64,000 bases of DNA from Candidatus Hodarchaeota archaeon (GTDB lineage Archaea > Asgardarchaeota > Lokiarchaeia > Sigyniarchaeales > SOKP01): assembly GCA_048887225.1 (NCBI GenBank), contig JBHLJY010000002.1:128001-192000 (forward strand), given 5' to 3'. Under the pieces are notes generated by a model. It did no database searches and was not told where the DNA came from. It saw only the letters and a program-made list of their open reading frames with translations. Both the position numbers and the translations under genes were made by a program. Below, in pieces: positions 50,665-58,889 of the stretch (positions within the stretch are counted from its first letter, which is position 1; each line of letters starts with the position of its first letter).

Positions 50665-51891
50665 CTAGAGGATTTTTAAATTTATAAAAATTTCACCACC
50701 TTCAAATCCAACTGCCGTAATCAATTCATCGTTTCTCAATTGATTTTGAATAGGTGTAAGATTAAGATCTATTTCATTTATATTCTCAAAATCCATTATT
50801 GTCAATGTTGGTTCTAAATCAGGATTCTTTACGAATCCCATTTTCATCAACGAATAGATAATATCCTCGCAACGTTCATTCTGAGAAATTTCTAAATTAA
50901 TCCGTTTAACATTATCGCCACACTGCAAACAATCTGGATTTCTTTTCTTTTCTATTGGATAAAATTTTAATGTCATCGCATTAAAAATTACATATGATTT
51001 GACTGGCTCTCCTAAGGCTTTATTTCCTTTTAACCAATGTAAAATTTTAATAGTTTCGTGTGATTGAATTGCTGATATCAGAGCGTTAATAGTAATAATA
51101 GCCGGCTCATGGAAATCGATTATTTTTATTATTTCATCTTTTGTAAAAAGTGGTAGAAAATTATGTTTTGTCGCAAGATCATTTGCATAATTTTGAATAA
51201 AATTAACATGTTTAATATTCTTGGGATCTGGATCTTGCTCATCGTTTTCTTCCTTAAAAGCCATATTTCCTTTAAAAATGCAATGAATTCTTTTTCTTGG
51301 AACTCCAACTACCGTACATGCCGCCATATCGTCCATCTCACCAACAGGAAGGGGGTTACATTCATAACAAGCGTTTTTATACGGAAAAACTGTGTATACA
51401 TGACCGTGATATCCCGCAACACCTCCATCGATAAGAGGTTTTTTAAATCGAATTGATTGAGCGTTCAAATTTAACCTAGCATTCATTGAATCTAATCCTC
51501 CAATAATGACATCAGCAGCTTTATATATTGCTGGATCAAGCCTTTCAAGTGAAGTATGGTATCCTTTAACTTTGATATTTGGATTTATTTTTTGCAACTT
51601 GGTAGCAGCCACAGTGGACTTTGGTTCACCCATTACTGCGTCGGCAAAAAGAATTTGCCTATTTAAATTTGAGTGTTCTATTATGTCTAAATCAACTAAA
51701 TCAAGATGGCCAACACCTAACATCGCCAAATTCTTAGCAATTTCACATCCAAGACCACCTACACCGGCAATCAAAACTCGAGAATTTTTAACTAATTTCT
51801 GAGACCATCCTTCAAGACGAAATTGTCTATCGTATAAGTCTCTTTCTTCCGCTGTGAGTTCTTTGCTAAAAAAATCTGAATCTCTTTCCAA
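50665..51891 (-). CDS. E1 ubiquitin-like activating enzyme (Uba2/Uba3-like)
   Basis: YDRQ, GVGGLGCE, SNLNRQ, CYEC, catalytic-Cys region CTVVGVPRKRIHC, NPDCLQC. Confidence 0.93.
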   Translation of the reverse strand: MERDSDFFSKELTAEERDLYDRQFRLEGWSQKLVKNSRVLIAGVGGLGCEIAKNLAMLGVGHLDLVDLDIIEHSNLNRQILFADAVMGEPKSTVAATKLQKINPNIKVKGYHTSLERLDPAIYKAADVIIGGLDSMNARLNLNAQSIRFKKPLIDGGVAGYHGHVYTVFPYKNACYECNPLPVGEMDDMAACTVVGVPRKRIHCIFKGNMAFKEENDEQDPDPKNIKHVNFIQNYANDLATKHNFLPLFTKDEIIKIIDFHEPAIITINALISAIQSHETIKILHWLKGNKALGEPVKSYVIFNAMTLKFYPIEKKRNPDCLQCGDNVKRINLEISQNERCEDIIYSLMKMGFVKNPDLEPTLTIMDFENINEIDLNLTPIQNQLRNDELITAVGFEGGEIFINLKIL

Positions 51892-51983
51892 TTTTCACAC
51901 CTATTAAATATACTGATACTTTATAAAAAATCTACTATTAAATATTAAAAAAATTAAAAAAAAAAAACAAATTAATTAAATGT

Positions 51984-52340
51984 TTACCCAGCGGTGCTTG
52001 CAGGAATAAGCAAAACCTCATCTCCATCGTCGACACTATATTGGTTTAAAGGTGCATTTTCTTCCATTGTTACACCTCCAGAAGATAGGTGAAAATCGTT
52101 TGGATCTAACCCAAAAATATTCCCAACTGTTTGTTTGATTGCGCTTACTGGATTAGCATCGTCAACAAGTAATTTTTGTCTTTTTTCACCAGGACCAATT
52201 GTTGATAAAAAAAAGAGGTTTATTTTTCTTCCTCCTGCCTCGACGGCAGCAGCAGGAGTTTTAGATTTCATTGGAGATTTCTCTTCAGGCTCTTCTTCTA
52301 AATCCTCATCAAATTCGTCTTCAAAACCCATAATTATCAA
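51984..52340 (-). CDS. Ubiquitin-like beta-grasp protein ending -STAG, with acidic N-terminal extension (likely start ATG 52331)
   Basis: VSAIKQTV, PLNQYSVDDGDEVLLIPASTAG*; immediately upstream of the E1. Confidence 0.85.
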   Translation of the reverse strand: MIIMGFEDEFDEDLEEEPEEKSPMKSKTPAAAVEAGGRKINLFFLSTIGPGEKRQKLLVDDANPVSAIKQTVGNIFGLDPNDFHLSSGGVTMEENAPLNQYSVDDGDEVLLIPASTAG

Positions 52341-52522
52341 GCTCCATATTTTTCAAAATTATTATATATAAAATTAATTATTTGCCTTAAGTATTTAATT
52401 ATTTTCTTTCAATAATTTATTAGAAAAGAATTTAGTTAAAATTTTTATATATTTTTTATAGAATAATAATATATGGAAGGTAATTATTTAATTAATCAAA
52501 TTAATTTGTTAGAGTTAATAAA

Positions 52523-53368
52523 ATGAAAGATAAAACTCCTCCAAAATATAATATTAAGGATAAAACGCCAAGTAAAGAAGAAACTGTTGTTCCAAGTAAA
52601 ACGCTGCTTAAGAAGTTGAGAGATGAGCAGATAAATTTAGAAAAAGAAAAGATTGAATGGGAGGCTGTAATTAAAAAAGTTGAAGGATATCAAGTATCTT
52701 TGAAAGATCTGGAAAAAAAGAGGAAAATTCTTGAAAATGATATTAGAAATCTTTTAAATGAGAAAGGCAAGTTAAATCGAGATTTAAACGATTTAAAAAA
52801 GGGGATATCTGACGAAGACAAACGACTTCAAGCTGAAGAACGTAATATTGAGGATACTAAAGATAAACTGCTTAAACAAAATGATGAAATAAATAAGAAA
52901 ATGAGAAATTTGAAAAGAAGAGAAAATGAATTAAAGAAACAGGAGAGATATTTGGAAAACGAAAAAAAATACTTAGAAAGGGATCTAAAAAATGAGCAAA
53001 TTCTTTTAAAAGAGATTAGAAGTAAAATTCCAGGATTAGAAAAAAGAAAAAATTCATTAGAAAACAAGGTTAGAATCCTAGAAAATAAAATGCAAGTGTT
53101 AAAAAACGATACAAAAAGAATCGAAAATGAAAAGAATAGAATAGAATCATACATCCAAAATGAGAAAAGCAAAATAGAAAAAGAAAAAATTAATATTCAA
53201 AACGATAAGAATAATATCAAACGCGAAAGAAATAAATTAGCAAGCGAAAAAGAAAAATTAAGAAGCGATCGTAGTAAATTAGAGGTGGAAATTAGAAAAA
53301 TTAAATCTGTACCTAAACAAAAAATGTTAAAACAAAAAATAAAAACTAAAACTCCACCAAGAGAATGA
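52523..53368 (+). CDS. Highly charged coiled-coil protein with terminal KTPxK/R motifs
   Basis: K/E/N-rich heptads; KDKTPPK, KDKTPSK, KTKTPPR. Confidence 0.7.
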   Translation: MKDKTPPKYNIKDKTPSKEETVVPSKTLLKKLRDEQINLEKEKIEWEAVIKKVEGYQVSLKDLEKKRKILENDIRNLLNEKGKLNRDLNDLKKGISDEDKRLQAEERNIEDTKDKLLKQNDEINKKMRNLKRRENELKKQERYLENEKKYLERDLKNEQILLKEIRSKIPGLEKRKNSLENKVRILENKMQVLKNDTKRIENEKNRIESYIQNEKSKIEKEKINIQNDKNNIKRERNKLASEKEKLRSDRSKLEVEIRKIKSVPKQKMLKQKIKTKTPPRE

Positions 53369-53430
53369 TCTCAATTCAATTTTATTGCAATATCCAGATA
53401 ATATGCAAATAAAATTAAATGTGATTGCTT

Positions 53431-55506
53431 TTAATCCTCCTTATATACATCTTCTTGATCAGTATAAATACCTGCGTTTGGATCGAGAAATTGGTTTTGG
53501 CACGCAGGACAGGAGTTATATTTTGATAACCAAAATGCTACGCATAAATAATGATAAATTGCTTCACAAAAAGGACATTTTATTATCTGTTCTTTTGCAA
53601 AATCAAATTTTTTATGACAAACTCCACATTTTATTTTGTCTGAGGTGATCCCTTCTCTAACTTTTACTCTCTCAGATAATGTTATTTCTAAATTAGTTAA
53701 TTCTGTTCGGTATAGATCTATTTCATTACTTAAATTCTTAACTCTTGATTTAATTTCAATTATTCTCTCGTTTAATTCCTCTTCTGTTAATTTATCGAAT
53801 AAAAAGGTTGATAACGCAAAATTTAATGGCATAGTATCAATGGTATCTTTTTGGTCTGTAATTTCTGTTATGCGTTCAAGCATTAAATCTTCTTCCTCAA
53901 TTAGCTCCTTAAAATTTTTAAATAACTTATTAAGTATCATAGACAATAAAAAGGTTAATTGCTGTTTTTTAAAATTGAAATTATCTTCCCATTGCTTAAT
54001 AATTTGATAGATATCGATGTCCTTTTCTTTATATAAATCTATTTTTTTATAAACATCATCCTTAATTTTCTGAATCCTAGATTTATACTTACTAAGAATT
54101 TCACGAATTTGTTTTAATTGAGGAAACTCTTCCCGTACTATTAAAGCTGTTTCATCTTGATATCTACTCATTAAATCATTAACTTCCGAAATCTTTTCAT
54201 AAATAAAATTCCTAACATGATCACGCAATCGTTCTTTTCTAACTGATTTTAAATAATATAAATACTCTTCTTTCCTTCGTGTTATTTCAGTAAGAACATT
54301 ATCAATAATTTTTTCATATGAACTTGTTATTTCCCTGTATGGTTCCAAAGAAGATTCAAAATCTCCGAAATGACGACTTAATTCCTCTAATAACGAATAA
54401 AAGATATCAACTTTTTCAGAATAATACTTAATGACATTTTTAAACTCGTCGTACTCTTTCAAATCGCTAATTGTAGCTTGATATTTCTTTTCTAAACCAC
54501 TTAAGTAATAATCTGCTATTTGGGGTAAATATTGGCTAATTTTTTGTTCTAAAACAGTTTTTAAATTTATTTTCTTTTTACCCTCTTCTAATGTAAAATT
54601 CTTATCTAACTCATTTATTTCAACTAAAATTGCCTTAAATTTATTTTCGATTAGAGATTTAACAATTGGACGAATGAATTTTTTTAATTTCTGAATAATC
54701 TCTTTTCTATCTACAATATTTATATATTCATCGTTATCCTTTCCCTCTTTAAATTCTTCAATTATTGTGTTCTGAAATAGAAGAAAAATTAAATCAGAAT
54801 AAATATCAATTTTCCCGTCTTGTTTTTTGTTATAAAATTGATATATATCAGCAAAATATAATGTTATATATACTCCCTTTTTTTTCTTTTTCTTTTTTTT
54901 ACTAACCTCTTGATTAGAATCTTCAATGAAATCGTAAAGTTCCTTTATTTCATTCCATTTTGTTAACGCACTTGGAAACTCGTTAATCTTTAAGTTTAAA
55001 TTTTTTATTTTATTTGCTTCAATCCAAATATACGAAATATTATCATAAAGACCCTCAAACTTATATTGAGATTTCTCAAGTTCTGAATAAAGTTCATTAA
55101 ATTCATCAATAAGACCTTGAGTTGTTATTAAAAACTCATCTAAAAATGAATTGTGTTTCAAAAATCTCTTAATATTTCGACAATTTAATTTAAGATTTAG
55201 TAAATTATTTGAATAGAGCTTAATCTCTTTTAAAATTCCTAATTTTAAATTATGAAAATTATATTTTTCAGAAATGTCTTTAGGTGTTAAATATATGGCA
55301 GCAAAATCTCTTATTTCTTCAAAATAAATTGAGTAATAATCGAGAATTTTTCTTTGGAATTTTGTCTTTAAAAAATCATCAATCTCAGGTGAATCTGGCT
55401 TTTCTTTCTTAAATTTATCTATACTTCTTTTAATATCTAATATATCTTCTTTAGAAAATCCTTTTATTTCCCGAACATCGTTAAAAACATTATCAGTTAA
55501 TTTCAA
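53431..55506 (-). CDS. Helical/coiled-coil protein with C-terminal C4HC3 RING-like finger (putative E3)
   Basis: CGVC-x13-CPFC-x4-HYLC-x3-W-x6-CPAC. Confidence 0.78.
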   Translation of the reverse strand: MKLTDNVFNDVREIKGFSKEDILDIKRSIDKFKKEKPDSPEIDDFLKTKFQRKILDYYSIYFEEIRDFAAIYLTPKDISEKYNFHNLKLGILKEIKLYSNNLLNLKLNCRNIKRFLKHNSFLDEFLITTQGLIDEFNELYSELEKSQYKFEGLYDNISYIWIEANKIKNLNLKINEFPSALTKWNEIKELYDFIEDSNQEVSKKKKKKKKGVYITLYFADIYQFYNKKQDGKIDIYSDLIFLLFQNTIIEEFKEGKDNDEYINIVDRKEIIQKLKKFIRPIVKSLIENKFKAILVEINELDKNFTLEEGKKKINLKTVLEQKISQYLPQIADYYLSGLEKKYQATISDLKEYDEFKNVIKYYSEKVDIFYSLLEELSRHFGDFESSLEPYREITSSYEKIIDNVLTEITRRKEEYLYYLKSVRKERLRDHVRNFIYEKISEVNDLMSRYQDETALIVREEFPQLKQIREILSKYKSRIQKIKDDVYKKIDLYKEKDIDIYQIIKQWEDNFNFKKQQLTFLLSMILNKLFKNFKELIEEEDLMLERITEITDQKDTIDTMPLNFALSTFLFDKLTEEELNERIIEIKSRVKNLSNEIDLYRTELTNLEITLSERVKVREGITSDKIKCGVCHKKFDFAKEQIIKCPFCEAIYHYLCVAFWLSKYNSCPACQNQFLDPNAGIYTDQEDVYKED

Positions 55507-55622
55507 AATAAAGACACCTTAATCAGCAAGATGTTCTATAGCAAAATTGCCGTTAGTTAGTCTAGTAGTGATAAAATGGAAAAATTTTAAATTTTTCTAT
55601 TCAAAAAAAAGCGTTTAAAAAA

Positions 55623-56240
55623 TTATTCCCCAAGTTCTTTAATTTCAATGTGTTTTTCTATGGCTCCATCTTTAGTTATCGTTAAAATATCAATCCCATC
55701 CCCCGACATTGCATCTCGTGCTATCGCTGCTCTAATTGCTTTTTCTACTAATGCTTCACCCGCCTCAACGCTCATATCAGGTTTATATTCAGCTTCGAGG
55801 ATTCCTATTGATAGCAGCATTCCTGTGCCGGCAGTACCATAATCGTCTGGCATTAGCGAGCCAATTGCGTCAAGTGTGTAGAGTTTAGGACCATCTTTGT
55901 CCATTCCCGCAATTACTAAATTAGTATATAGTGGAAACATTTTTCGTGAATATAAATAATTTGAAACTAATTTCCCCATACTCTTTGTTGATATCCTCTT
56001 CCCAGCATCTAATAAATATAAATTAGCTTGTGCCTTCATAATCTTTACTAAAATTTGCCAGTCTCCGATAAGACCATACGCAGCTAAGCCAATATTATCT
56101 GTTATCTTAAATACTTTTCTCGTTGATTTGTTTGCTACTGTATATCCCCACGTCGCTCTATTATCGTTGCCAAGGACAACTCCATCAAGACATTTAATTG
56201 CTACTCCACATGCGCCAGGTACAATAATTTGCTGTGCCAT
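55623..56240 (-). CDS. psmB: Proteasome beta subunit lacking catalytic Thr1
   Basis: DGVVLGNDNRAT, RKVFKI, RDAMSG; N-terminus PG|ACG in place of G|TTT. Confidence 0.93.
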   Translation of the reverse strand: MAQQIIVPGACGVAIKCLDGVVLGNDNRATWGYTVANKSTRKVFKITDNIGLAAYGLIGDWQILVKIMKAQANLYLLDAGKRISTKSMGKLVSNYLYSRKMFPLYTNLVIAGMDKDGPKLYTLDAIGSLMPDDYGTAGTGMLLSIGILEAEYKPDMSVEAGEALVEKAIRAAIARDAMSGDGIDILTITKDGAIEKHIEIKELGE

Positions 56241-57106
56241 TTTTTTCCACTCTTATGTGTTCAATATCATAAAGTTATTGAAAACATATAAGGTTAATCT
56301 TAATACTCTAAAGTTGTAGAGACTTTTGTGAGTTTGATTTAATTTCTCCAATAATGGTTTGATTAAATCAAGATCATTATTTAATTAATAAAAAAACAAG
56401 TCAAAAGGGCAATTTCTAAGAGAAGAAGAGCCACAAGCGAATTCTCTGATTAAGATATTCATAAATTTTACCTGCAAAAATTAGTAATTTCATTGGAAGC
56501 ATCAATATATCGAAGAATATAACAATATATTAGGCAATTAATAATCTTAAAATCTCATTTACCATTTATTTAAAAGGTCTAATCTTTAGTTTTACTGCTC
56601 AATTTAGTACTTACTCATTGTCTTAGATCAAATTACAAAATATCACAATCATTTCCCTTATTTCTCATTTAGAAATTATTTTTACTTATCATTTCAATCA
56701 TAACATATTTTCAATGATCATAATATTAATGGTATGATATTTTATTACGAATGAAATAATTTTATTCAAAATTTTTTAATTCTCCATAAAATCATATAAA
56801 AACTATAATTAGATATAAATTTATCATAATCAAGATCCCTATTAGTTTTATTGTAAAAAATTTATGTCATCTTTTTAAATTGATCATTGATCGAATAATG
56901 ACAGAGTTTTTTTTAATTATATAGAGGTATCAAAATTTTTGTCGAAATTTTTTTAAGTAACTTCTTCATATTCTTCACGAATATACATAATATTTAAATA
57001 GCACTTCGATTATAATAATAACTAAGAACTTTACAAAAATAATTAAAAAAAAATTAAAAACCTAAATTTTAAAAAAAATTTTACAATTTTAAAGGAGGAA
57101 TAAAAA

Positions 57107-57325
57107 ATGGCTAAAAAGAAACATAGCTTTGCATGGAGTCCAATTCGAAGACTCATGAAGCAACAAGGAGCTAGCATTGTAGCGAGAAATGCAGTCGATT
57201 TATTAATCGATCATTTAGAAAAAACTGCCACTGGTTTAACTGAACAAGCTCGAGCCTTTACCATGCATGCTAACAGAAAGAAAATTACCAAGAATGATCT
57301 CTTATTATCGATTAAATACAAATAG
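57107..57325 (+). CDS. Archaeal histone
   Basis: SPIRRLMKQQGA, HANRKKITKND; upstream AGGAGG ribosome-binding site. Confidence 0.92.
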   Translation: MAKKKHSFAWSPIRRLMKQQGASIVARNAVDLLIDHLEKTATGLTEQARAFTMHANRKKITKNDLLLSIKYK

Positions 57326-57527
57326 AGATATTTCGTGAGAATTAGCTTTAATTTTATTTATCTTATTTTTTTTTTCTTTTATACTTAATTGAAGTTTCTT
57401 AAAGTTATTTCAAAATTAAATAAAAAAAAAATAAGGTTCGATAACAATCGTAAAAAGAGATTTTTACTAATTTTTATTTACTACTTATGTTATATTATGC
57501 TTTGTAGATTTACACTTATCCATAAAG

Positions 57528-57803
57528 TTAATAGCGATAATTTCGTCTACCACCTTTATTATATGGATTATATTGTCGAGGAGCTTTTTCGATAACGACA
57601 ACATTACTCGCTTGTGGCCCTTTTTGACCTTCAACAATATCAAACTCAACCTTGTCATTTTCATTTAGCGCTTTATATTCTTCATCCCCCGCCAATGCTG
57701 AGTAATGAACAAATACATCATTCCCCTCTTCAGAGCTTATAAATCCATAGCCTTTTCGGCTATTAAACCATTTTACTGTTCCTTTTACCAAATTTAAAAC
57801 CAA
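57528..57803 (-). CDS. cspA: Cold-shock domain protein with R/G/Y-rich tail
   Basis: GTVKWFN, KGYGFI, DVFVHYS, KGPQA. Confidence 0.93.
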   Translation of the reverse strand: MVLNLVKGTVKWFNSRKGYGFISSEEGNDVFVHYSALAGDEEYKALNENDKVEFDIVEGQKGPQASNVVVIEKAPRQYNPYNKGGRRNYRY

Positions 57804-57920
57804 ATTTCAATTTTTGAAAAATTAATTTAATTCTCAAAGAATTAATAATGAAAAGAATCTAAGGAAAATAAACCTTTCTATTCAACTTTATTCATTTATG
57901 AATTTTTATTAACCTCGAGA

Positions 57921-57961
57921 GATTAATTCAGCGGTTATCACGTCAATTTGCTGAATTAATC
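57921..57961. promoter_or_regulatory. Perfect 12-bp inverted repeat with 17-nt spacer between divergent csp and enoyl-CoA hydratase genes
   Basis: GATTAATTCAGC (57921-57932) and GCTGAATTAATC (57950-57961); function inferred, not shown. Confidence 0.55.
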
Positions 57962-58069
57962 CATTAGGAAAAAACATTTTTTCCGTCCTTTTTTCGATAT
58001 AAATATTAAAAAGGATTTGAGTTTTAATCTAATTTATTAAAACTATAAAATAAAAATGGAGGTAGAAAT

Positions 58070-58879
58070 ATGGCTTACAAGAATATTTTATATGAAAAGG
58101 AAAACCATGTTGTAATAATAACAATTAATCGTCCAGAAGTCCGTAATTGCATCAATAATGAAACTAATTTGGAATTACAAAATGCTTGGAAGGCTTTCCG
58201 TGATGACGATGATGCTTTTGTTGCTATATACACTGGAGCCGGAGATATCGCCTTTTCTGCTGGATGGGATCTTAAAGACGCCGCAGCGCTTGATACAATG
58301 GCCAACTATGATCAATTTCGAGTTGCTGTTCATAATATTGAAGGGTGGTGTGGATATACTAAAAAATTTGATATATTTAAACCAATTATAGCTGCTGTAA
58401 ATGGTTATACATATGCCGCTGGTCTTGAAAATTGTCTTCTGGCTGACATACGCATTGCTTCTGAAAATGCTAAATTTGGTGCTACAGAAAGGAGATGGAA
58501 TATTGTTGCTGGTGATGGTCTATGTGTGAGATTACCACTTGTAGTTGGATATGCTCGAGCTTTAGAACTCATTATAACAGGTAAAGTAATTGACGCCCAA
58601 GAAGCATATCGTATAGGTTTGGTAAATGAAGTGGTTCCTCTTGAGAAATTAATGGAAAGAGCAAAAGAATTGGCACTATCGATATGCAAATTGCCCCAAG
58701 GTTCAATTCGAACTGATAAGGAGTCTGTAATCCGTTCTATTGGTAGAACAGTCGAAGAGAGGACTTTTATTGAAACCGAAGGAGTATTATCGATGTTTCT
58801 AAGGGGCGACAAACATACTGAAGGTGCTAAAGCTTTTCTCCAGAAAAGAGGTCCTGAATGGAAGGGACATGGATTATAA
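58070..58879 (+). CDS. Enoyl-CoA hydratase/isomerase (crotonase family)
   Basis: INRPEVRN, FSAGWDLK, KPIIAAVNG, IGLVNEVVP. Confidence 0.92.
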   Translation: MAYKNILYEKENHVVIITINRPEVRNCINNETNLELQNAWKAFRDDDDAFVAIYTGAGDIAFSAGWDLKDAAALDTMANYDQFRVAVHNIEGWCGYTKKFDIFKPIIAAVNGYTYAAGLENCLLADIRIASENAKFGATERRWNIVAGDGLCVRLPLVVGYARALELIITGKVIDAQEAYRIGLVNEVVPLEKLMERAKELALSICKLPQGSIRTDKESVIRSIGRTVEERTFIETEGVLSMFLRGDKHTEGAKAFLQKRGPEWKGHGL

Positions 58880-58889
58880 ATTATATCCC

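Noticed and set aside
48052-52340. Locus as a bacterial-type antiphage E1-E2-JAB system (CBASS, Bil, Bub) or a sulfur-carrier operon
   Set aside because: No cyclase, effector, rhodanese or moa/thi genes; the E1, E2 and JAMM motifs are eukaryote-like, and RING and proteasome genes are linked. An antiviral role is not formally excluded
56241-57106. Hidden small ORF or replication origin
   Set aside because: The frames I checked are short and interrupted by stops; no ORB repeats or cdc6/orc1 neighbour
57913-57968. Hairpin as a eukaryote-like SECIS element (Lokiarchaeia encode selenoproteins)
   Set aside because: Lacks the AUGA/GA core, and I saw no nearby gene with an in-frame TGA
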